Source: a virus | Lineage: Duplodnaviria; Heunggongvirae; Uroviricota; Caudoviricetes | Length of the DNA: 64,000 nucleotides | IMG/VR virus record: IMGVR_UViG_3300028549_001428 | Reading direction: 5' to 3' (one strand) | Shown: positions 55,494 to 64,000 of the stretch, in pieces | How positions within the stretch are numbered: position 1 is the first letter of the stretch | How the letters are laid out: the number at the start of each line of letters is the position of its first letter | Translations under genes and position numbers: made by a program | The notes under the pieces: model-generated | What the model was told of the DNA's origin: nothing | Database searches by the model: none | What the model saw: only the letters and a program-made list of their open reading frames with translations

Positions 55494-58400
55494 AATCAGC
55501 ATCGAATTCGTAGTATTTATCTCTACCAGAATTTGAATCATTTCTGATCTTACCATCTGATATTAACCAACCTGCATTCAACCAATCCGTATTCATATCT
55601 TCATGCCAAGGAATATAGAATTGCGGATCTCTTGGATTTGGATATGTAAATATGTTATTAAGTACAGGATCTGCCATTACTCCACCTGTTCTTGCTTCGC
55701 CTGTAGGAATGTCAGTTCCTTCCATAGCACAAACAGCAGGTCGCATATGCCAGTATACCTTCCACATATGAGGCTGATACATAAATAAGTCATTATTAGC
55801 ATAGAATTCACCACCAAATACATTATTTGGAACTACAAAGTTAATACCTACAGGTGATTCCTTATTAGGTTCTAGTAATCTAGTGAATCTATATATATCA
55901 GCACCTTGTACATCCTGTGTATAATCCATTTCCTCTACTAGATTGCCAGTGGAATCATATGGTAATTCTTCGCCTAAGAATGGATAACAGAAACGATTTA
56001 GTTCCATTGCTGGCATTTCCCAATATCCAATATTACTTAATTGTTTAAATGCGCTATAAGACTCAGTACATATAGTATTCTTCCATAAGTAATCTAATAC
56101 TATATTACCATTAGAATCAATTGGATAAGTTCCATTTTCTATAGTATTTACAGTGCCTTCGCTAGTTGTATATTCAATTGGTACATAATCTTCAGTATAC
56201 ATTCCTGTTCTACCTGCAAATACCATTGATTTTTCTTTTTGTTCTAGTGCCACTGAACCAAATGTAGGCGTTAGATATGATGTAGGAGCCTGTCTATAAT
56301 CAAAAGGCAACCATCTACCTAACAATTCAGAAAATACGAATGACATCTTAATACGAGTGTAATTAAACTGCATTTTATTCAAATAGAATTCACGATCAGC
56401 TAAATAATTCATACCACTAACTGTTATAGCACTCTTTATTGTAGATGATATAGGCATTGTATTTGGATTTCCACTTTCAAAATACCACCATGATGGGTTT
56501 GGATCTTTTACAATCATATCTTCATGATTAGCTGTTATGTCACCAAACCATTCATCTACCTGACTCGATTGGATATTTATAGCTATTGATTGTGCATCAA
56601 AATAACCATTATCTCTACCTGGGCATAATAGTAAATCAATATCATCTGTTGTAAATCCATTTGCATTAGGAATTTTCAATTGTGTTGTATATTCACATAC
56701 TAATGAATTATCAACAGTATTGTAAACTTTCAACATGAATGTATTTGTTGCCTTTCGTGCAAAAATAGCTCTATAAGTAATTCCTTGTGTATATGTAGCA
56801 ATTCGAATATTGTCATATTCGTCCGTATGTCTAAATAATCTCTCATATGTGTTAGTCATATCATAGTCATACATTATAGGACTATCATTTTTTCTAACAA
56901 TAGCATAAATTCCATTTGCACCGCTACCATCTATTGGATTATTTTCAAATATCAATCCAAAATAAGATAATTCTCTTGCTGTAAAATAATTTACCATTGT
57001 TGGATCTGCTCTATGAGAACAGAAGTATAATGATTGGTCATCCTGTGGATTTATAAATGATTCTACAATAAATGTATCAGTAACCCCTGTGGTATAACGA
57101 TAGAAAGGATTCTGACTGGAACTGTATAATTTACCATCGCTTACATAACCAGTACCAACAGGTGTCCATAATTGACCTGATTGTGTTTCCCACCCATCTA
57201 ATGTAGACCAATTACATAACACAAGAGTTGACTCCCCGTTATTATCTGTAATGATTCCATTTTCTATAAGGGTATACATGCTAGTTTCATCAATCAATCC
57301 AGTCTCAGTACCAGGAACATCTTCAGGTATTTCGCTCTGGAATAATAGGAAATTATCATCCATATACATTCCATTATCATCAGATGGAGCCTCTGAATAT
57401 TCATTTAAATAATCACGTAGTGAATAACGATATATTCTTTCCGAATCTATTTCTGTTGTTACTTCTGGCTTGCTTAAATCAGTTGAATAACCAATACTTT
57501 CTACGTTACCTGCAACCATAATCTTATTATCATTATAAAATCTAAATGGCAATTTATTAGAATAACCAGCAACATAATTTCGAATAAATTCTTCGTTTGC
57601 TGTCTGTGTTTCTCTGCTATTTATAGAAGCAAACGCATCTTCATATCCTGTAGATATAAATCTAGTGGCAATCGGATTACTCTTTAAGCATTCAGCTAAA
57701 GTAGAGTTAATATTTGCATATACCCCACCTGCTGATATTGAACCATAATCAGTTATGTCAGTAATGTTTTCATTTACTGGTGTTGCATAATCAGTTGAGA
57801 ATACCTTTGCAAATGGTATCCAGTTTGCTCCGTGGAATTTCACAGTATCTTCAACAGTTGCACCATACTTATCAATATAGTATGCATTTTGCATCTGGCG
57901 TTGTGTTGCACTTGGTATCTGTATGAAAGAATCCCAAAAACGTCTTTTCACATCTGTTTTATCAACATAACTAGCAGTATCTTCAATAAATTGAATGAAT
58001 TTATTAGTTGAAGGGTATCCAAATGCAAATGATGGATACATAGTTGGAATTAAATTACCTACTACATATCTAGGATCAGCATTATTTTTATATTTGTCAG
58101 CATCGAAGTAATCTTCCATATGCAAATCAAGACTACTTGGCATATCATGGTATACATCAGTCATATTAAGATTTGTTTCATTGCTTGCATTATATATGAA
58201 ACTTGGCACATATATTTCTTTAGTGTCCCATCTACTTTCAGCATATACACCTGAAGTTGTCGAATAAGGGAGAACAGTAGAATCAAATACTAAAAATTCA
58301 TAATCAGTATCGGAATCAAAAAATGATGTTGGTACATATGAGTTGCCGTGATTTTCAGGCAATGATGCTACATATGATAATATGTTAGTCAATTGACTTC

Positions 58401-61400
58401 CATCAACAGAGCCATTTTCAAGTATAAATGGCGTATCATCTTCAGCTAATATAAATCCACCTAATTCATTTAATAGATATAAGTACTCATCTACTGGCTT
58501 TACAGTATTTACAGTTATTTTTGATGTTATAAAATCTTTTATCAAATCAATATATGCTACATTTGCTTGATATGTAAATGACCCAACTGTACTAATATCA
58601 TCAGTTGCCATTAATGTGCCTATTGTTTCAGGAAGTCTGATTTTAATGAGCGCATTTAATTGCTGTTGTGTAAATGATGGGGATAGACTAGATACATATG
58701 ATAATGGATTTGCATATACACTAAACAAGCCATTACTACCACTCTTAAATAGGGTATTAAATTCATTAAATATGGCTTTATTTCTCTTATATGTAACATT
58801 CGCAAAGCTACCAGTGGTTTCAGAGCCACCGCCAGCATTTACATTGAGCATGCTCCACTGTAACATTCTTAATTGAGGATCATTATCAATTCTCCACTGG
58901 AATGTACTTGTTGATGTTGGATATACGGTAGCTAATAGAACTCTTTTATCAACTTGTATAGCACCTGTAGAATCGGCATATGAAGTACCTACAATATTAT
59001 CAGCAGTAAATGCTTGATGATATATGTTATCGGTTGATGCATATTCAGCTTCTGGCATAGCACCAAACAATGCAGTGTTATATCTTTCGGTTAATCCATA
59101 TACACCAGCAGTTCCATGTACAGCAACTGCCTTTGTTATATAAATATTATCATTAGTTACCGATGAACTATAAGTTTCATCAACATCAAATTCTATTTTA
59201 GTTAATGTGAATATAGTTCCCCTAAATTCTTTATTATATTCAGATGCCGAAGATCCATCTATAGTAAATTTAACTGGTTTACACAATGTAATTATCTGTT
59301 TACCAGAACCCACGGTGGAAATTGTTATAGCAACATCGGATGATGTACTTAATTTAATACTTCCATTTGTTATAGAAGCAACTTTATATTTTACACCACT
59401 TGCTATTTGAGGTGAAGTTGTAGGTAGTGTTCCATCTGTATAAATAGTTAAATACTCACCAACTTCTATATCCTTCCAATTTGGCATATAAATTGAGTCA
59501 GCAGAAGCACTAATATTATCAGTGTCAATGCTAATAGTGTGCATACCATGTGGTTCAGTTGTTGTTACTGTTGCGACTGAGCCATTGGATACTATTCCAG
59601 ATACTGACATCAACTCACAACGTATATCTTGATAACCACCAAATACATACGCTCTTGGTTGTGTTACATAATTTTTATAACCACTCAATGAACCAACTGT
59701 ATTAAATGGGAATGAATTGGTATGAGGAACGATAGGCAATGAAATATCAATTTCAATTGGTGTACCATCTTTCAAATCCAATGGTGTTGGTAAGTGTATA
59801 AATGTTTTCTTTGATCTAATTTTTTCACTCTTGAATATATCATCACTATAATCAATCAACGAATTAGAAGCAAATAATTCGGTTAAGAATATGGTATCAG
59901 TAGTTGAAGCAAATGGAACAGGTATTAAATCATTATTATAATTTAAATCACTTAATAATTCAGCAGTGGTTTTTGTTAAGTGTGTAAATGTAACATAATC
60001 AATTTCTGCTGAATTTAAGTAAATATTTATTCCGTTTGCACCAGTAGCATCATATGATAAAGTAGTTGCTGTCCACGATCCCTTTGTAGCAATAGAACTA
60101 AGTGAACGTTTTTCTCTGGTCTTAATATAATATTTAGTTACGTTTCCAGTAACTGTCTTACGACATAATACTAATCCACTATGTAATGTTATCGAACTTA
60201 ATTCATCTAATGCTGTTGATACTTCAATATCATTGTATAAATCAAACGCTACACGCTGGATAGTAAATGTACCATGACCTGTACTCAAAGTAGCAACTTC
60301 GGAGTTATCTATATTTACTACCTTTATGGTATTTCCTGATGGATAACCAACCGCAATTTTGTACGTTACTGATGAACTCAATCCATTAGGAATACTTACA
60401 CCCATTGGGAAAATAAATCTAATGTAATCACCCTCGACAAATTCACCCACATCATCCAATTCAATATATGTAGAAGCACCGTAAGATATATTAGAAGCAA
60501 CAAAATTCTGTGAGTATATACCAACAAAATCAGGCGTATCTAAATTATTTATCAATGATATAGTATGTTTACCAAATACATTATCAGCACTCATATCCAA
60601 CGTAATATTATTATGGTATGCATTTTCTCTATGATACCAAACAGTGTCGATAGCAACAGGTCTAATATTAGTGTCTGTTGTACTCGATGTACCAGTAGCT
60701 GACATTCTCATTCTTTCAACATCAACAGTTAAGTCAACATGACCACCTGTTAATTGAGGCTCAACTTCACCAGCGTCATACTTGCTATTATAAATAAATG
60801 GATAATCCTTAACATAAGGGGATTTATCGTTATATCCATCTAATGTTCTACTATGATGATTTGTTAATCCCCATAAAGCAGTGCGTTTATATCTGGATAT
60901 CAATGTTCTCTGATTATTAACTTCGGTATTATTAAAGGGATCAATAGAACCCCAATTTCTTTCAGTACGCACTACACTATTTGGATTACCTAACCCAAAC
61001 CCATCTACGATAACTTCTTTATCGCTTATTTTACCAATATTTAATTTACGACCATCCAATAACCATCTAACGAATGCACCTTGATCTTTAAGATCACGAT
61101 TTGAACCAGCAAACTTACCAAATTCAATTGGTTGATTCAATTTGCTTCTCAAGAAATCAGCGGTTTCTTTAAGTGAATATCCATTTCTGTAATGTGTAAG
61201 TGGATTTCCATTTCTATCACTTAAATTACCATAATAACCAGCAACGTTGTCATTTTCGGTTCCGTTATATTTATAGAAATCACCAAAATAATTCCATGCA
61301 GAACCAGAATTTACATAATAAATTCCATTTTCATCAGCATCAGTCTGATTCAATAACAATACCAAATCACCGTTTACTGTCTGGTATGATGCTGTTGCAC

Positions 61401-62310
61401 CACCAGTTATATCAGATGCTTGTATAGAAGGTATTCCATATCTAAATGTGTAAGCATTAACAACATCTATAACAAATGTTCCGTTATATTCTGCTACAGT
61501 AGACCCAGTTATAGTAACACTGTTTCCAGAGGCAAATCCGTGTGCTGTGGTGGTTATAACTGATGCGCTATAGTATGAGGTGTCTGTAGTTTGCGATACT
61601 ATAGAAGCCACGCTAAAGGTAACTAAAGGAGCAACCGCTGATGCTATATTTATGTTTGAGTAAATATTAGCATCTATAATAATAGCTTCTTTTGAAACTA
61701 AGTAAAGTACACGCCATACATATTCGGTTATAATATAATAACCATTTGATTTATTATCATCTTGAGATACTAATTCAATTACTGTATTATCAATCAATTG
61801 ATATGTAGATTTAATAGATCCAGTTGCTGTAAAGGATGAAGGTACTGCACCCAATGCATATGTGAATGTATAATCATCCACCACTGTTATAGCAAATGAG
61901 CCATTATAATCTACTTCGTTAGCACCACTGACTGCAATTGTAGCACCATTAGCATAACCATGCTTATATTTTGATATAGCAGTTACAGTACCTGTATTAT
62001 AAGTTAGTGTGTCTATTGATAGCACAATAGAAAGCAACCCATACAACTCTGATATTGGTTTGTGTGATGTATATGCTACTGTAAAACTACCCATTAAATT
62101 ATTATAAGTGGCAATAAATTCAGGCGTTATTCGTGTTGGTATAACTCCCAATTCCCCACTTACATTGCGTTCTGGGAATCCAATTGGACTAATATTAAAA
62201 TTACCCGTACCGTCATCAACAATAGCCTCTACAGGTCTAGTAACAAGATACTGAATGGTGTCTTTTACATTTATGGTCGGTTTATTAATTTCAAATGACA
62301 TTTGATGCAC
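55492..62310 (-). CDS. Very large (2272 aa) virion structural protein, tail/baseplate-type
   Basis: Repeated HG....V.I.G....YNG.F beta modules; GDLVLLLNQTDADENGIY tail-protein-like motif; late operon. Confidence 0.6.
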   Translation of the reverse strand: MHQMSFEINKPTINVKDTIQYLVTRPVEAIVDDGTGNFNISPIGFPERNVSGELGVIPTRITPEFIATYNNLMGSFTVAYTSHKPISELYGLLSIVLSIDTLTYNTGTVTAISKYKHGYANGATIAVSGANEVDYNGSFAITVVDDYTFTYALGAVPSSFTATGSIKSTYQLIDNTVIELVSQDDNKSNGYYIITEYVWRVLYLVSKEAIIIDANIYSNINIASAVAPLVTFSVASIVSQTTDTSYYSASVITTTAHGFASGNSVTITGSTVAEYNGTFVIDVVNAYTFRYGIPSIQASDITGGATASYQTVNGDLVLLLNQTDADENGIYYVNSGSAWNYFGDFYKYNGTENDNVAGYYGNLSDRNGNPLTHYRNGYSLKETADFLRSKLNQPIEFGKFAGSNRDLKDQGAFVRWLLDGRKLNIGKISDKEVIVDGFGLGNPNSVVRTERNWGSIDPFNNTEVNNQRTLISRYKRTALWGLTNHHSRTLDGYNDKSPYVKDYPFIYNSKYDAGEVEPQLTGGHVDLTVDVERMRMSATGTSSTTDTNIRPVAIDTVWYHRENAYHNNITLDMSADNVFGKHTISLINNLDTPDFVGIYSQNFVASNISYGASTYIELDDVGEFVEGDYIRFIFPMGVSIPNGLSSSVTYKIAVGYPSGNTIKVVNIDNSEVATLSTGHGTFTIQRVAFDLYNDIEVSTALDELSSITLHSGLVLCRKTVTGNVTKYYIKTREKRSLSSIATKGSWTATTLSYDATGANGINIYLNSAEIDYVTFTHLTKTTAELLSDLNYNNDLIPVPFASTTDTIFLTELFASNSLIDYSDDIFKSEKIRSKKTFIHLPTPLDLKDGTPIEIDISLPIVPHTNSFPFNTVGSLSGYKNYVTQPRAYVFGGYQDIRCELMSVSGIVSNGSVATVTTTEPHGMHTISIDTDNISASADSIYMPNWKDIEVGEYLTIYTDGTLPTTSPQIASGVKYKVASITNGSIKLSTSSDVAITISTVGSGKQIITLCKPVKFTIDGSSASEYNKEFRGTIFTLTKIEFDVDETYSSSVTNDNIYITKAVAVHGTAGVYGLTERYNTALFGAMPEAEYASTDNIYHQAFTADNIVGTSYADSTGAIQVDKRVLLATVYPTSTSTFQWRIDNDPQLRMLQWSMLNVNAGGGSETTGSFANVTYKRNKAIFNEFNTLFKSGSNGLFSVYANPLSYVSSLSPSFTQQQLNALIKIRLPETIGTLMATDDISTVGSFTYQANVAYIDLIKDFITSKITVNTVKPVDEYLYLLNELGGFILAEDDTPFILENGSVDGSQLTNILSYVASLPENHGNSYVPTSFFDSDTDYEFLVFDSTVLPYSTTSGVYAESRWDTKEIYVPSFIYNASNETNLNMTDVYHDMPSSLDLHMEDYFDADKYKNNADPRYVVGNLIPTMYPSFAFGYPSTNKFIQFIEDTASYVDKTDVKRRFWDSFIQIPSATQRQMQNAYYIDKYGATVEDTVKFHGANWIPFAKVFSTDYATPVNENITDITDYGSISAGGVYANINSTLAECLKSNPIATRFISTGYEDAFASINSRETQTANEEFIRNYVAGYSNKLPFRFYNDNKIMVAGNVESIGYSTDLSKPEVTTEIDSERIYRYSLRDYLNEYSEAPSDDNGMYMDDNFLLFQSEIPEDVPGTETGLIDETSMYTLIENGIITDNNGESTLVLCNWSTLDGWETQSGQLWTPVGTGYVSDGKLYSSSQNPFYRYTTGVTDTFIVESFINPQDDQSLYFCSHRADPTMVNYFTARELSYFGLIFENNPIDGSGANGIYAIVRKNDSPIMYDYDMTNTYERLFRHTDEYDNIRIATYTQGITYRAIFARKATNTFMLKVYNTVDNSLVCEYTTQLKIPNANGFTTDDIDLLLCPGRDNGYFDAQSIAINIQSSQVDEWFGDITANHEDMIVKDPNPSWWYFESGNPNTMPISSTIKSAITVSGMNYLADREFYLNKMQFNYTRIKMSFVFSELLGRWLPFDYRQAPTSYLTPTFGSVALEQKEKSMVFAGRTGMYTEDYVPIEYTTSEGTVNTIENGTYPIDSNGNIVLDYLWKNTICTESYSAFKQLSNIGYWEMPAMELNRFCYPFLGEELPYDSTGNLVEEMDYTQDVQGADIYRFTRLLEPNKESPVGINFVVPNNVFGGEFYANNDLFMYQPHMWKVYWHMRPAVCAMEGTDIPTGEARTGGVMADPVLNNIFTYPNPRDPQFYIPWHEDMNTDWLNAGWLISDGKIRNDSNSGRDKYYEFDAD

Positions 62311-62548
62311 CTTCGCTTGTTATAATAGCCAAATAATACTTACCTGATACAAAATTAGGAATTGTAAATCTAACTTGATTGTATGATTTATATGTCACGT
62401 AGTTATTTATATTATGCGCAACAAAATCAGAATCATACATATTCAGTTGGAAATCTACTCCATCCAAATTAGTTCCTGTAATTATCACACCACTATCAGC
62501 TACGTTTCCTGACATTGGTGAAACCTGTGTTATATTTGGTATTGCCAT
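62291..62548 (-). CDS. IPT/TIG Ig-like domain protein
   Basis: PNITQVSPMSG...VIITGTNL...VRFTIP; TTATAAAC box at 62575-62582. Confidence 0.7.
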   Translation of the reverse strand: MAIPNITQVSPMSGNVADSGVIITGTNLDGVDFQLNMYDSDFVAHNINNYVTYKSYNQVRFTIPNFVSGKYYLAIITSEGASNVI

Positions 62549-62605
62549 AATCTATTTATTTCTTATATAGTAGAGTTTATAACAAAAATAGATTAATTAA
62601 TAAAT

Positions 62606-62633
62606 AAAAAAAGAGTCATTTCTGACTCTTTTT
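62606..62633. terminator. Intrinsic terminator
   Basis: A7-GAGTCA-TTTC-TGACTC-T5. Confidence 0.8.
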
Positions 62634-62871
62634 ATTGTTATATCATTCTATTCGTGAACTACACAGAACCTAAAAAATTCTGAGTTTCAAACAACCTCAC
62701 AGTTATTCTTTCTACGCTAGTTCTATGTTATTTCTAACAGGAAGAATCCTATATCTCGTAGACTTATCTTTCTGGGTGTTCCTATTTTGACCCAGTAGTT
62801 TTTATTTTATAACCTAATAACGTTGGTACTTATCCAACTCAGTTATAATACAAATATACATTATTACTCAT

Positions 62872-64000
62872 TCATATAATGCGATTTTTAAATGCATCGT
62901 ATTCACTATCAGTATTGAATCTATACGGAGTTAGATTCGTATTACTGAATGGATCTTGGAATAGAGGGAAGGCTGCTGTCTCATATCCAATAAATGATGC
63001 ATTTGGATTAATTCCCATTAATTCATTATTAATATCTGCATTTGATGGGCTTTGTGGGTCAATAAAACCTACTGGTCCAACGAATACATGGTCAGGTAAT
63101 TGATAATAATCTAAACACATCCATCGTTTTTCAACAGAACTGTATATAAATGTTGCTCTGTAACATACAGGTTTATCAGGAATAGATACATTTTCACCAA
63201 ACATGTAGAAATTAGTTGTTCTTGCCATTGAAAATTTAGCTATTGGATTTTCACAAATATCATCCAATATACTATCTCTATTCACAACACTATATACATA
63301 AATTTGAGATTTATTTACAGTATGATCTCGTGTTATAGATCCATTCAATTGCGCATTCGGCCATATTCTAAAGAAGAATTCATAAGTAAATCCATCTTCT
63401 GGATATGCAATGCCATCATCACCAACTTCAATTTCAACTGGTAAATATATACACAATCCTTGATCTAAATCAGGACCATCGTAATTAACAAAATTCAATG
63501 TCTTTGCTTTATCCATTCTACTATGATCGAAAATCATAGATGCACTATACACCTGTCTTTTTGTGATAGGCAATGAAGTATCGGTTGGTCCATATACTGA
63601 TGAATCCCATACAGCTTGTTGATTATCAGGCCACATTAAGTAATTCGATGACGATACAATACCAACATTTTTCTGATATATGGACACAGGTTCAACTGAT
63701 TTTACAGATACTTGAACATGAATATTAGTTGAGTCTTGGCTACTTATAGAACTTTTATTTTTAAATAGAAATTCAACAGCATCACATGTAGCATACCATC
63801 TTCCTAATATTGATTTTGTGATTGTGCCAATTGAATCAATTTTAAATATTAATTTTTCTTCCCAATTTGATGTATCTAAATTAGGGGATAATGTAGACGA
63901 AATCACATTTGTAGTACATATATAGAATTTGTTATTATAATATACATAAGCACCATTAGTATAATCAGACCCAGAAATCCAACTATTAGCATACAACTCA
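62872..64000 (-). CDS. Putative virion protein, 5' end probably outside the window
   Basis: W.SG..Y..G..V.YNNKFY.C...SP...SNW carbohydrate-binding-like module at the window edge. Confidence 0.55.
   Translation of the reverse strand, partial: ELYANSWISGSDYTNGAYVYYNNKFYICTTNVISSTLSPNLDTSNWEEKLIFKIDSIGTITKSILGRWYATCDAVEFLFKNKSSISSQDSTNIHVQVSVKSVEPVSIYQKNVGIVSSSNYLMWPDNQQAVWDSSVYGPTDTSLPITKRQVYSASMIFDHSRMDKAKTLNFVNYDGPDLDQGLCIYLPVEIEVGDDGIAYPEDGFTYEFFFRIWPNAQLNGSITRDHTVNKSQIYVYSVVNRDSILDDICENPIAKFSMARTTNFYMFGENVSIPDKPVCYRATFIYSSVEKRWMCLDYYQLPDHVFVGPVGFIDPQSPSNADINNELMGINPNASFIGYETAAFPLFQDPFSNTNLTPYRFNTDSEYDAFKNRII

Noticed and set aside
52302-62310. Diversity-generating retroelement acting on tail genes
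   Set aside because: No reverse transcriptase in the window and no template/variable repeat pair noticed by eye.
1-64000. Genome-wide TAG or TGA reassignment
   Set aside because: Genes up to 2272 aa read uninterrupted in the standard code, TGA ends many genes in ATGA overlaps, and TAG ends a few genes next to terminators. Recoding elsewhere in the genome is not excluded.

Overview
AT-rich, gene-dense window that looks like part of a large tailed (jumbo, T4-like) bacteriophage genome; no host housekeeping operons are visible. It contains a glycan-modification cluster at 1-9.2 kb, including a HAD/nucleotidyltransferase split by a LAGLIDADG intein. A long accessory region follows (two RNA ligases, macrodomain, TilS, Pth2, DNA MTase, Dda-like helicase, DHFR, sigma-like factors, NAD-dependent ligase, Hsp20), and large virion/tail-type genes fill 52-64 kb. 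Three promoter classes can be read: TTGACA-N17-TATATT, a late-type TATAAAC box and one sigma54 site. The best candidates for new biology are three. (1) An amber (CUA) tRNA lies about 1 kb downstream of a leader containing an ATG-ATG-TAG uORF; readthrough would run into Arg-Pro-Pro-stop over an anti-Shine-Dalgarno arm, suggesting a UAG-readthrough-sensing switch. (2) Two covarying structured RNA units lie directly behind a 720-aa TerD-domain protein. (3) Seven late proteins, one of them sigma-factor-like, share a ~30-aa putative capsid-targeting propeptide. All functional calls come from motif recognition by eye, with no database searches.
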